Below are positions 13,384 through 25,705 of a stretch of DNA of 64,000 nucleotides, in pieces (position 1 is the first letter of the stretch; every line of letters begins with the position of its first letter). Source of the stretch: Raja brachyura. Lineage: Eukaryota. The stretch spans positions 182,342,001-182,406,000 of the forward strand of contig OY740781.1 of NCBI GenBank assembly GCA_963514005.1, written 5' to 3'. A program made the translations under genes and the position numbers. A model generated the notes under the pieces. It was not told the DNA's origin and did not search any database. It worked only from the letters and a program-made list of their open reading frames with translations.

Positions 13384-13713
13384 TAGCCCTGTCCCACGGT
13401 ACGAGCTCATTCCAAGAGCTCTCCCGAGTTTTAAAAAAATCAAACTCGTAGTAAGCACGGAGAATAAACGTAGCGGATACGTCGGAGCTCGGGGACGTCT
13501 CTTAGCGGCTGGTTACGCTAAGGCCAGGTACTCGGGAAGACTTGCTAACGGCAGGTAAGCACAGGAAGACTTGTGAAGATTTTTCAACATGTTGAAAAAT
13601 GTCCACGAGAGCCCCGAGTACCGACGAGTGGCCATTACTGTAAATCTCCGAGTTCGAATCAAGGCAAACTTGGGAGAGCTCTTGGAATTAACTCGTATGG
13701 TAGGACGGGGCTT
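13384..13713. mobile_element. PIF/Harbinger-type MITE, 330-bp family, copy 1
   Basis: Ends TAGCCCTGTCCCACGGTACGAG / CTCGTATGGTAGGACGGGGCTT; flanks TAA and TTA; reverse complement of 42262-42591. Confidence 0.88.
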
Positions 13714-13993
13714 TTAGGCAGCTCCAGTGCAGAGAAAACCAAAGTATTGCTTCATGATGACTACAATGTTTATTTTTGATAACAATTGTTGTATAAGATG
13801 CTGATTTTCCATCATCGTGGCTGGTGTCATTAGATTTTGCTGCAGACTCTTTTTTTTTAAACAAACAGACCATAGATTTATATAGTGTGAGGGGATTTGG
13901 TGCCAGGTCTGGGAGACAAACATTGAACCATAGAATTCAGTTGCTGGAAAAATGAAATGAAAACCGACAATATTGGCAATACTTAATAGGTAA

Positions 13994-14323
13994 TAGCCCT
14001 GTCCCACGGTACGAGCTCATTCCAAGAGCTCTCCCGAGTTTTAAAAAAATCAAACTCGTAGTAAGCACGGAGAATAAACGTAGCGGATACGTCGGAGCTC
14101 GGGGACGTCTCTTAGCGGCTGGTTACGCTAAGGCCAGGTACTCGGGAAGACTTGCTAACGGCAGGTAAGCACAGGAAGACTTGTGAAGATTTTTCAACAT
14201 GTTGAAAAATGTCCACGAGAGCCCCGAGTACCGACGAGTGGCCATTACTGTAAATCTCCGAGTTCGAATCAAGGCAAACTTGGGAGAGCTCTTGGAATTA
14301 ACTCGTACGGTAGGACGGGGCTT
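13994..14323. mobile_element. PIF/Harbinger-type MITE, 330-bp family, copy 2 (product of the tandem duplication)
   Basis: Same sequence and same flanks as 13384-13713, shifted by 610 bp. Confidence 0.88.
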
Positions 14324-14374
14324 TTAGGCAGCTCCAGTGCAGAGAAAACCAGAGTTAATGTTTCAGACCAGTTA

Positions 14375-14948
14375 AGGGCCTGTCCCACCAGCATGCAACT
14401 CTATGCGATGAACGCGATCAAAATAGAAGCGGGGGCCGCGCGGAGGTCGGGCGATCCCCTGTACAGGGCCGTTCCCACTAGCATGCGCCTGCATGCGGCA
14501 AGCGCAACCAAACCGGCAGTAGGGGCCGCGCGGAAGTCGGGTGAGTGGCGCAACGCGGCGTAAAGTGAGGCGAACTTGGAGCGAAGTCTAAGGTAAGTTC
14601 GCCAGGACAGAGAGGGGCACAGAGGCACACACACACAGAGGGCCACGGAGCCACACACATAGAGGGTCATGGAGGCATCTACAGATTGGTTCACAGAGGC
14701 ACGATGTCGGAGACGGTGTTTAAACGTCGAGGCGACTGCGAGCCGACAAGCCGTTGCCGCGCGGGATTTTTGGACAGTCAGTTTTTTGGAGCCCCGCGCG
14801 GTGTCGGGACGAACTCGGGACGAACTCCGCACAATTCCGCACGGCTCCGGCGATCGAAGTGGGACCGGCCCCGCGACGCCGGACGTCTCAAGCGACCACG
14901 TTAGGTCGCGCTAATCGCATAGAGTTGCATGCTGGTGGGACAGGCTCT
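14375..14948. mobile_element. GC/CpG-rich non-autonomous PIF/Harbinger element, 574 bp
   Basis: TIRs AGGGCCTGTCCCACCAGCATGCAACTCTATGCGAT / ATCGCATAGAGTTGCATGCTGGTGGGACAGGCTCT; exact TTA duplication at 14372-14374 and 14949-14951. Confidence 0.92.
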
Positions 14949-17249
14949 TTACCCTTCATCAGAATGTACACAGAGGCATGGGATTGAATAGGATTGCATT
15001 TCTGGTGAGAGTTAAGCTGTCGGCCTCCTTATCATTGAATTAGTAAACTGCGATCAGGTGCTGTTTCTCCTCGATGGAAGATTGGGGGGATGGGGGGGCT
15101 TCAATGAAACAATAATCTTTATGTAAATGATTGAGGGATTGCAGTCGGGATTGACCGGCAAGTAGTTTGATTTGGTCAGAACACATCGATTGTTTGGGGA
15201 AGATAGTTGTACCAATCAGAAAAGCAGTTGGAGGGGCAGGAGTTGGATTGAAGTGAGCAGTAGTCAGCAGACGTTTGTATTATCGCAGTGCTGTATGTCA
15301 CAGTAATATATATTTGTTTTAAAGCTTGTTGACAACTGTCTGATAGGCTTTAGGCTGCAATTTTAGGAGGAAAATTTGATCGGTCTAATTAAGTTTAAAG
15401 GGTCTTTTACATTCTCCCCACCTCCATGTCCAGCCGAGACCATATGAGTAAATATGCTTTGGAGGAGCGCTAAGAATACAGCAGCAAGCTTGAAACATTT
15501 GAATTCCCCTAAAATTATTTTGGTACATGATAACAAAGCACATTCCGTGTTAAGAACATAGAAACATGCCTGTATGTCCATGACTGATATGTGCCTCAAA
15601 TATGTTTATCTACATTTGTATCTTAAACAAAGGTTCTACAACATATCTTTACCTCAAGATGCTGAAACTATGATATTTGTGAGCTTCTTTAGTCATTCCG
15701 AAGCAGGCAACTGCATTCAAATCATTGTCTGCTTTGGTGTTTAAGGTCAGCAATGTGTGTAGGATAGAGCAAGTGACATAAACTGTATGTCTTTTGACAT
15801 CAGTTCTTAAATTCAGTACTCAAAGTTACGCATATCATGGAAGCACCTATGACCAGAGCTGAAAATCAAGGTGCACTAATGTGATTGCGCCCAGTCGCTT
15901 CTATCACCTAAAATTCCATCATACAGTGCATAAATATAACTCTACTTGAAAACATTTCTAAGCACATCTCCAAAAGAGATTTTTTTATAGTGTGCATAGC
16001 ATCAATTTTGATAATAGGTTATTCATCTCACTCGGGGCGATGGGATCCTCTACTTGCAAAATGTCTGCCCTTTTACTCACATAACAAGCTTTGCACATCA
16101 AAGTAGTTCATTGTATTTGAGATGCTCTTGGTATTTATGAAAGGTATGATAAGGTACCATATTAACAATTTTGTCTTATTTGTAGTACAATCTATCAAAT
16201 ATGTGGTGGAAGTTTATCAAATAATAGCAAGACCAATATATATAATATATGCTGTAGTGTCACTCATCCATTTAATTTCCATTATTAGCACTTTTGAAAA
16301 ATGAACTACGTATATGCCTGAAGGGGAACCCACTGATAGGTATTTCCTAAAGCAAGCTTACTGGATTAAACAGTGAGTGATATCCACAGCTTGTTACAAA
16401 TCTCAACCATTACTGTATCCTAAAGGAATTAGTTGGCTGGCTCATCATTTTTTCATCCCCATAATGTCTGATGATCTGTCAAAAGAAGACAAAGTTTGTT
16501 AATTTTAACCATAGTTGAACGACATGTTGTGTAACGTTTCAAAATTTATAAATATTTACCAAGTTCACTTCATCTTAAAAAATGCTGCAATCAGCTTTCC
16601 TGTAGTTTCGAAGTTCACTCTTTGTTTGGCTGTTGGGCTGAACTGATTTAAATTCAATTTGGCTGGAAAACCTTAAGTTGTAAAACACATAGGATTTATA
16701 ATACATTAAGTGGAATATTTAGAAAAATCATGACTGAATCAATCTGGCAAACTTATGATCTCAATTTTATTAGCAGTTAGATGAATGCTTGTCTTATGCT
16801 TGGTTATAAAAGTGCATTTTATTCCTGCTTGGTGGTCTTTGAAGTTGGAACATTTCTTAACCTCGTGGGAATAGTCTTGTGTCAAAGTATTGTCAAGATG
16901 GAAAAAAGACAGCTGCTGTCTTTATTATAATCATGAAGAATGGAATTTGCTTTGTTTTGAAGACTAGAGCAGTTCATTGAAGACTAGGTTTCCCTGCGTT
17001 TGACAGGTTTGCTGTGATATATGAAAGTAGAAAAGCTAGCTAATGCCAATCATTTTTGTTTAGGTTTTGGCTTTACTGTGTCCATTTATCTTCCAACGTC
17101 TGCAAATAAAAAGGCGTCAGAAAAAAATTGCTGTTTAGATTTTGAAATTGGGTTTGGCATTGTATGAGAATTTGTGAAAATCATTTTTGTAGAATAGTGA
17201 AGACGTTAAAACAAAATAACTTCAGGACACAGCAATTTGTAAATAATAG

Positions 17250-17385
17250 AATAATAGTCTAAAGAAGGGTCCCGACCCAAAACCTCACAATATTCATGTT
17301 CTCCAGAAATGCTGCCTGACCTGCTAAGTAATTCCAGCATTTTGTCTTTTTTTGTAAAGCAGCATCTGCAGTTCCCTATGTCTCC
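17250..17385 (+). repeat. Penelope-tail short repeat with degenerate hammerhead core
   Basis: gtctaaagaagggtcccgacccaaaacctcac...ccagaaatgctgcctgacctgct...cagcatctgcagttcc. Confidence 0.75.
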
Positions 17386-18583
17386 AATAGAATGATATGA
17401 ACTGCCAAAATTTAAGTTTGCATGAGATAATGTCTCGCCAAAGTATTTATTTATCGTGAAATTTCATAGCGAGAGGCTTTATATAATATTTAATAAAGCA
17501 GTGCATTAGAAACTGGAATCTAGGGAGTACTTTGAAATCAGATCATTAGTTTAAGTTAAAACTGGACCATGGTCAATGCAACACTTGGTTTCAAATTAAC
17601 ATTGACCGACCTCCTGCAATTTTAATGCTGCTCTACAGCTTATGATTCACCCAGTAGCATTTGGCATTTTATAGCAATGTAACTTCTGATGATTGGGTAA
17701 CACACTATATTGAGTGTTGCCCTGCAATGTTTTGGATAAAAAGTGAAATGACTCTCTGTTTTCTGACAGCTGTTGGGATTACAACTGCATGTGAAATGAG
17801 CCAAAGTAAGTTGAGTCCAGCTTCTAATAAGTGTGAGATCACATCTCCCAACTGTCCTCAAATCCAGCACTAATCGAACAAGCTTTCGCAGATTATAATA
17901 TTATAGGAAACTCAGGACAGAAGTAGTCCACTCAGTCTGCACAGCTGTCCTAATAATCCATTCTTAAAAGTGCAACTTCATCTCCCTTCTGCCGTTTAAG
18001 CATGATGGTCACCTAGGAGAAAAGAAAATGTCACTGTATTGTTTTGTATTCAGAGAGAACAGACAGTCTACTAAGCTTTGGAGTTGAAGGTCATGTTCAG
18101 GATACTATGAGGGAGCTAAATATTCCATTAGCTTCATGCCACACTTGACCAAACTTGCTTACTGCGCTGAAAGTAAAATTGCGACAGTTGGCCTGCCAAC
18201 TGTTTGATCATGGGTCTGACCAATGATTACATTACAAGCCTAAATACTCTCCAAATACAAAAATAAACAACAACGGAAGTATTCATTCACCTTAACCAAT
18301 CTAGTAAAACTATGCTACGGAAGCACTGGTGTACTATATAATGAGCACTGTATTATGATAAATACTTACACATGCTGGATACTATATTTGCTGGGTTATA
18401 AAAAGCATGTATTCATAGACTGGTGAAGGCACAGGTAGAATATTTTTCCCCATTTCACCTTGTTCATGGCCAAATCAGGGCTGAAGAATTGAGTGCTGTG
18501 ACCGTAATGAAGCCTCGTTTGATTACTTTAGAAAGGAGGCAATGGTGACAGCACTATTAAAACCTGTAGACAATAGAAGAGAT

Positions 18584-18710
18584 GTATAGGAAGGAACTGC
18601 AGATGCTGGTTTAAACCAACGATAGACACAAAAAGCTGGAGCAACTCAACAGGTCAGACAACATCTCTGGAGAAAAGAAATAGGTGGGGTTTCGTATCGA
18701 GACGGACCTT
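18584..18710 (-). repeat. Penelope-tail short repeat
   Basis: taggaaggaactgcagatgctggtttaaacc...gatagacacaaaaagctggag is the reverse complement of 37555-37652. Confidence 0.75.
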
Positions 18711-19663
18711 TTCTAAAGGTCCTTGAGTGCTCCTTTGTGGCCTCACACAAGCAAACCTTGCGCCGCCCATCCTGACCAAGGTTTCTCTCCCAGGGCTTAT
18801 TTGTGCCGGGTCTGTAGCAACATTTTTTGGGCTGTACAGGTCCAGCAGCCGGCAGCCACTTGTTGCCTACTCTTTGGTCAGCCCTTTGGTTGGGAAGTAG
18901 GAAAACTGTTTGCTGTTGAAATCAGACCATCCCCTCATCTCTGCATTTCATGACCTTTTCAAGAATTAAGAGCGTTTAATTGTCATATGTACCGACAACA
19001 GAACAATTAAATTCTTACTTGCAGCAGCATACAGGCCTGGAAACGCAATACACACAGTTAAATATAATAATAAAAAGTAAACCTTTGTTCTTTTCAGCAT
19101 AGTTCTTCGGATGGCATGGCATCCATCATCACTTCCTTGTCCAAAAATTGGTCTCAAACCGATCATTCGCACAATCAGTTTTGTTGTCTTCGCAAAGATT
19201 CCTGTCATCACCACCTCTACTCGTAAAGCATTTCTGACTCTTCAGTCATTAGAGTGACTTGCCGAACTGTTGGGGTGAAGGGAAACTGTGTCACACATCA
19301 GGCACTGATCAGTGACAGCTTATTTTCTAACTGTCGGGTCATCATTAATTTCTATTAATTATCTGTCATAACATAGCCAGTGCACCAAGGATTTAAAAGT
19401 ATTTTCAAATCAAATATTTTTCAAACAATAGCTTCTTCTTTGATTCTCCCTATTCCTTTTATTGCCATTGTTCGACATACATTTTAATTTCTTCTTTTTA
19501 GTAACAATATGCTCTGTGATACTGTGATCTATGGGTGCATGTACTTATTCGATTTGGATGTGGAAACAACATGATATGAGATTTGTACATTATTATGAAA
19601 AGCCTTCATATATGTCATTATCTCCGCCAGCAGTGTTTTTAATGGGTTCTTTTTGCTTTTCAG

Positions 19664-19795
19664 GTGGAAATAACTTTACAGGATATCAACGACAACCCCC
19701 CTTTGTTTCCAACTAATGTATTGGATCTGATCATCGAAGAAAACATTGGGGATGGATTCAGAATATTACAGCTGTCAGCTACAGATGCAGATGAG
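19664..19795 (+). CDS. FAT4: FAT4 protocadherin internal coding exon, 132 bp, phase 0/0 (probably coding exon 2)
   Basis: Acceptor ttttgcttttcag and donor GAG|gtacgt. Translates VEITLQDINDNPPLFPTNVLDLIIEENIGDGFRILQLSATDADE with cadherin DxNDNxP and DAD motifs, matching FAT4 as I recall it. Missing from the ORF track. Confidence 0.95.
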
Positions 19796-21612
19796 GTACG
19801 TATTGAACTCTTGATATAGTATCTATTTTCCAGAAGGTATTTTAATCCCATGTTTTTCATCTCACTTCTTCACTCTTAATCTTTTTAAACAAATTTCTCC
19901 CAAATGAAGGGTTGAGTTCTAGGCCTTGTTTAAAATTAATTTAGTTTTAGTTTCCAGTACAATATAGGAAGAAACACAAAGATTAAGAAGATTTAGTTGG
20001 ATCTGGGTTACGGGTACATCCAAAACATATTAAGATCTAATAGAACTTAATATGAAGGGCCAAATTAGGACAGGGCAGATTTTAATATTTTATTAGCTGT
20101 AAAGGGATGTGGTGTTTAAAAGAACACCTAAATATTGTTTTCTTCCTTTTTCTATCAGCTTGACCACATACCACCTTTCTGACTTTTAAATATTTTGCTG
20201 GAAAATGAAGAAACAATTACTTGAAATTAGATTGGTTTGCACTAATAATTTTGTAGGCAAATTGCACAGAAATCATTCTCATGGTCATTTCCTGGTGAAA
20301 TCAGACTTGTAGGAAAATTGGACTGGGAATCCTTCTCTCCGGTGTGCTATGCAAGTTTACACTCCTGTGTTCCAGCAACTTCTTGGTGCAACATTGTTTA
20401 TTTCCCCAGTGCTTCCTTTTCTTTGCATATCTCCAGACAGATTATCTTCAGTTAAGAAGCCTCTACCCACTGTCAGCCAGATCCATTGCCATTTGTAACA
20501 CTGTCTCTCTTGTCCTCCACCATGCCACAGGATTGACTTGTTTCTTTCCACCCTGCCCCTCCCAACATCTCCCGCCCCCTTCCCTACAATTTAAACCCGT
20601 TGCCTGATTACTTAGTTCAAATGAAAGGACATCAAACTGAAATATTAAATCAGCTGTTCTCTCCAGAGATGCTTCCCAACATGCTGAGGATTTCCAGCAT
20701 TTTCTGTTTTCATTTCAGACTTCAAGTAACTGTATTTTTCTTAAAAGTTTTAAAATCAATGTTGATTTGAAGTTTACAAACTGCTTCAGGTTATTTTTTT
20801 AGTTTTGTAAATGAGTGTACATAACTGGCCAACATTGCAGAAATGAGCTTGTAACTGCAAATGTAAAACATAAATAGGAATTTTGTTTGCAAATAAGGTA
20901 TTGCTGTCTGAAAATTGTCCAGCAAGTGGGGGAGTTTCAGTTGCATGATTATGAAGAGGATGTTGTTGTGGTGCACATCATAATGATTCTCCTGTTTCAT
21001 ACATTTAGACTATGCCAGATATCCAGTTTAATGATAGGATTGAAAGTAGTTATTTTGGAAGAATCTGTCAGAGACAAAATAACCTACGGCAATACGCCAT
21101 TTTGGTGCAGTCCAGCATAATATGGTGCAGCAGATCATATCTCAAAGTGAGCAGTATCATGCCAGCTTTATAATGCTAAAAGTGACAGCCCTGTGGTGAT
21201 CATTTCCCCTCAAAGATAATAGCAAAGGAATTGACATGTCTTGCACCTCTATGGGTGTAACATGTTTTACTTCCAGTAACATGCTTCTAGTTTTATCCAT
21301 GGACTGCCTTTGCTCAATCTATGTTTGCATTGGTCTCACCACTTTGATAATCTCAGGCAGATGTTAAAAAGAGCTGGCATGTTCCACACAGAATTCTCTT
21401 GCACAACCCACTACAATTCTACTGAAATAAATAAGCTGTTTTAAATTTAATTTAACCAACTTCACCTTTTTGCTGCTGGAGGAACTCCAGTTTAGATCTG
21501 CTCAGGTTTGTTTATTACTCAAGATCTGCAGTCTTGTGTCTCCATTCACCTACTGCTGTTCAGTTACAGTCAACTAAATTGATTCAGTTCTATGTCCAAA
21601 GAGCAATCAAAA

Positions 21613-21795
21613 GTCACTAGGGCCCTATATAACTGCAGAAGGACCACTTTGCTCCTATACTCAACTCCTCTTGTTATGAAGGCCAACATGTCCTTCGCTT
21701 TCTTCACTGTCTGCTGTACCTCCATGCTTACTTTCATTGACTGATGAACAAGGACCCCCCCAGATCCCCTTTTCCCAACTTGAAACCATTTAGAG
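21613..21795 (-). mobile_element. CR1 LINE fragment
   Basis: Nearly the same sequence as 11290-11475 (cactagggccct...aacaaggacccc). Confidence 0.85.
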
Positions 21796-21844
21796 AAGAG
21801 ATTTTTGGTATCTTGGAAAAGTCAGAGAGGACAAGAGGCAAATG

Positions 21845-22878
21845 GTAGGTATGTTACAAAACTTACCTTGAGCAGCGCTGCAGTTCTGCCGCTCCCCGTG
21901 TGCGCGACTTTGGCGCCTTTCAGAGGGGGGCGGGCTTAAAGTGCCGTTTTTCCACAGGCAGGAAAAATTGATAAATGTCGGGCGATTTCGTTGCGGAAGA
22001 AAAATCGCTCCGACATTTCATGAATGAAGGTATTTTTAAATTACTCTAAATTATTTGTTAACTAGAGTCATTTAAAAATCACCTTCAAAGGCCGTGAGAA
22101 CCGACAACCAGAAGGATTTTGCGTAGGCGAGAAAAAAAGGTAAATAGTTTATTTTTATATTAAAAGTTGGTTTTTCGGGAGGCTTTAATAATATTTTCAT
22201 GTTGCGAAATGGGGTCCAAAAAAATGTATGAACAAACAGTATTTTTCCTCCCGACTTCACCGCTAACCGCAACGTTCCAATCCACCGCATTCCACTAAAA
22301 CCCACTCGCTAGTTGATTTAAATGGCCATTAATTTACAGGCATAAAACACTAAATTCCTTCCTTTTGGCCCAGAAATTCATGAAAATTAGATTTAAAAAT
22401 TATGTTATATTGTGGATTATTGTGTGAATGTTATTTGGACACAGGCAATTTAAAAAAAGTTTATCTTTTCTGAAGAAATTGATAGATGTTTAGATCTACT
22501 CATTGAATTTTGTAATTAGCTACAATTAGATAACTAACTAATTATATGCTTTAATTTCAGGTCATCCAAGTAAGATTGTTTCATATTTGTTTCAGAATGC
22601 TGCAATCCATAATAACTGAAAATTTCATTGAGTTCTCTTAATTTTTAAGAAAGTTATGGGCTTTTAACTGTTCCAGATCACAGCTTTTGAGTTAAGTCAA
22701 TTGAAAGGCAATGGGGAACAAGATGCTAATTTCCGAGTATGAAAATGGCCTTAACTTTCTTAATACTGAAGATATGAAAGTGAATTAGGTGTCAAATTAA
22801 ACTTCTTTTTATGCTTTATCTGATGGGATAAATTGCAGACTTGATTTTTAAAATCTCAAAATTTTGTAACATTGCTAC
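21845..22878. mobile_element. Non-autonomous DNA transposon, 1034 bp, superfamily unresolved
   Basis: TIRs GTAGGTATGTTACAAAA / TTTTGTAACATTGCTAC; flanking direct repeat AAATG (or CAAATGG if the ends are TAG/CTA); second inverted copy at 60037-60711. Confidence 0.85.
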
Positions 22879-25039
22879 AAATGGTGCCTCTTATCTCAAA
22901 TTCCTTAAAGTCTTGCTTCTCTCTCCTCATTGTATTGGAAAGCTGAAATCCCCAGGCAGCGACAAAAAAAGACTTGATAAGGCCCTTTCCAAAGCTGCTT
23001 ATATGGCTGGTGTTCATTGTGAAACGGAAGAAACAACCAAGCCTAAACTAAAGCATTAACGTGAAGGGTCAACACAAATGCACCAAAACTGCACGTTCAG
23101 ATTTATCACAGCCTGTATGATGACAAACAAATATTCCAATAATCGGAGGCACCTACATATACAAGCCCCAGAACATGTTGCTTCAGGGCATAAAAATTGA
23201 AGAAGTATATAGGAAACTTTACAACACGTGAAAATATTTATCTGCACATGTTGTTGGTTGCAAATAGATCATTGCAGCAATGCACCCCTTTTTAGCTAGG
23301 AACAGTCTTTGGAGAACATTCAAGAGGACAGAGATATCTCAGGGTATTGTTAGGATTCATGATTTAAGTGGCATGGCAGTGGCAATATATTGTGGTGGTG
23401 CTTCCAGTACTTTTAGTAGATCATCTTCTCTTATTTCATAACCAGAAGATTCACAATAGCAAGATTTGTGTTTCCTATCTATTTTCTTTGCAGGTTGGAA
23501 ATATAACTCATTTTGGGAGATGTGTTGAAAGAATAAGATGATGACCAAACCAACATAGCATTGGCTGCAATTGCAGCAGAGTATAGCAGTAGACATTTAA
23601 GGTGATATGAAAGGGGAAGACACCAGGGCATTTAAAAAACAATGATTGAAACTTTTGTTTAAATAGTAAACTGTAGTTCAATGAGGATGGGAATGCACGT
23701 TGAAAGGTTTGGTAATACTTCGGACTTTGGTAGAGTTTGAAAATATCTCAAATTTATAGAGTGGTAAAATGGGAAGGCCAACCAGGGGTGCATTGGAAAA
23801 GTCATGCTGGAGGTCATGCTGGAGGTTGTTAAGGCATTAATGATAATTTCAGTTCTAAAATGATAATTTCAGTACTAAAAAGAGGTGGTTATGGTGAATG
23901 TATAAATATGTAGTCAGTAACCTGTCTCAAGTTCAATCACCATGCAATAGATGCCATACAGGGGAATGGAATTGGAAATAGAGTTTGTGGCAAGGATTAA
24001 AAACAAAGGCATAACTTTTCAGTATTAATTTGAAAGAAATTCCTGCTCATTCAGATTTGGATGCTGGACAAGCAGTGTGACATTTTAGTGAAAGTGAAAA
24101 GGCAGTATAAGACTGTTTCATTATAATTTAATTTGTGTCAAGTCAAACATAACAGTCACTGTCTATTCAACCTCTTTGTAAGAGAAATATAAAAATAGTT
24201 TATTAATGCTTATGCAGTCACCTTGATTCAGCCATGCTATCTTTATTCAATACTCTATCTGCCAAAGTACATGATGACATATAGACTTCAAAGCATTTGG
24301 GTTAATAATACTATGAACAATTTTGGCTAATATTTTGAACAAATGTTTTCATTTCGCATTTCAAGATTACTTTCAGTTTACTTCACCTAACACTTTCACC
24401 CCTTTAATAAACCACACAGTCTCATCTTATTTTATAATATCTCTTGAAAACAATCTTCATGGCCTGGTTTATCTCTCTGACTTTGACTGTGTACATTTCT
24501 TATCTACTTCTCTTGATATAATGTAGGAGTTTTTCTTCTACATCAAAAGTACTTTAATCTTTAAAAGATTAATTGGTATTAATGAGTGTCATTTTGGAAA
24601 TTGACCTAAGTATATCTAACTTATATTGCTGTTTCTTATTGAAGCAATCAGCTGCAAGATAACTAGACCAAATATTTTTCAAAAAGTATCCCCTTAAAAT
24701 ATCCAATCCATTGGATTTGAACTGTTCATAAATTCTGCTCATTTTAAAAGGTATGAAAGTGAATTATTCCAGTGTTTTCTCTACCATCCCACCAAAGGCT
24801 CTTAGACTTGGAAGCCCCTGCTCTGCATCCCAGGTCTACATTTACTTGGAGAGGATCTTCCAGCAGCAGCTAGGCTCACAATTTCTACCAACATATCGCT
24901 TCTAACGTGGCATAAACATGTCAAAGTACTTCACAAAACTGTTATCAATCAAAAATGGCACCAAACAAAACAGGATACTAGGTTACATCAAGAGAGTGAA
25001 ACCAATGATTTTAAAGCATGATTTAATGATGGATAGAGA

Positions 25040-25268
25040 ATGTATAACAGAACAAGAACAGGCCCTTTGGCCCCTAATGACTGTGCCGAACATGATGCCA
25101 AGATGATCACTTATCTATTTGCACTTAACTCATATCCATCCATTCCTTGCATAATCCATATGTCTATCCAAAAGTCTTTTAAATGCTTTGAGGCACTAAT
25201 GCCATAACTAGCCCCGGCAGCACATTCCAATCACTCACCACCCTCTGTGTGAAAAACTTGCCCCGCAT
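25040..25268 (-). mobile_element. CR1 LINE 3' end fragment
   Basis: gaacaggccctttggccc...tccaatcactcaccaccctctgtgtgaaaaacttgcccc reads FFTQRVVS on the minus strand. Confidence 0.7.
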
Positions 25269-25318
25269 ATGAGTGTCATTTTGGAAATTGACCTAAGTAT
25301 ATCTAAGTTATATTGCTG

Positions 25319-25705
25319 TCAGACTGATGTGAGGGGGGGGGGGGAAGAAAGGAAGAGGTGGAATCAGTGGGCTGAGGGAGATGTGAGAAGGGGAGGAGAA
25401 AGAAGGGACTACCTGAAATTAGAGAACTTCTCTAATTTCTAAGAAGTTCTCTAATTAGAGAAATTCTCTAATTTCAGGTAGTCCCTACTTTCTCCTCCCC
25501 TTCTCAGCTCTCCCTCAGCCCACTGGCTCCACCTCTTCTTTTCTTTTTCCCGCCCCCCCCACCCTCACATCAGTGTGAAGAAGGGTTTCGACCCGAAATG
25601 TTGCCTTCGCTCCATCGATGCTGCCTCACCCGCTGAGTTTCTCCAGCATTTTTGTCTACCTTCGATTTTGTCTACCTTCGAAGCATCTGCAATTCCTTCT
25701 TAAAC
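25319..25705. repeat. Penelope 3' end in fold-back configuration, hammerhead-like core at about 25574-25605
   Basis: Arms of about 110 bp (ctgatgtgaggg...ctacctgaaattagagaa / ttctctaatttcaggtag...ccctcacatcag), then gtgtgaagaagggtttcgacccgaaatgttgcc...agcatctgcaattcc. Confidence 0.8.

Larger units (their letters stand above)
13132..14351 (+). repeat. Tandem duplication, 2 x 610 bp (13132-13741 and 13742-14351)
   Basis: Identical at offset 610 except for two substitutions I could find (aacaatAgtt/aacaatTgtt and ctcgtaTgg/ctcgtaCgg); the ORF track shows duplicated peptides. Confidence 0.95.

Noticed and set aside
13132-14351. CRISPR-like or other prokaryotic repeat system
   Set aside because: No repeat-spacer array; the context is a spliced vertebrate gene and the repeats are a duplication and transposons.
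14183-14987. Several overlapping ORFs of 60-143 aa
   Set aside because: They lie in GC-rich MITE sequence with few stop codons and have no recognisable domain.
18715-19330. Moderately GC-rich stretch that might be a retrocopy or hidden exon
   Set aside because: No frame I translated gave a recognisable protein, and the FAT4 exons splice in frame without it.
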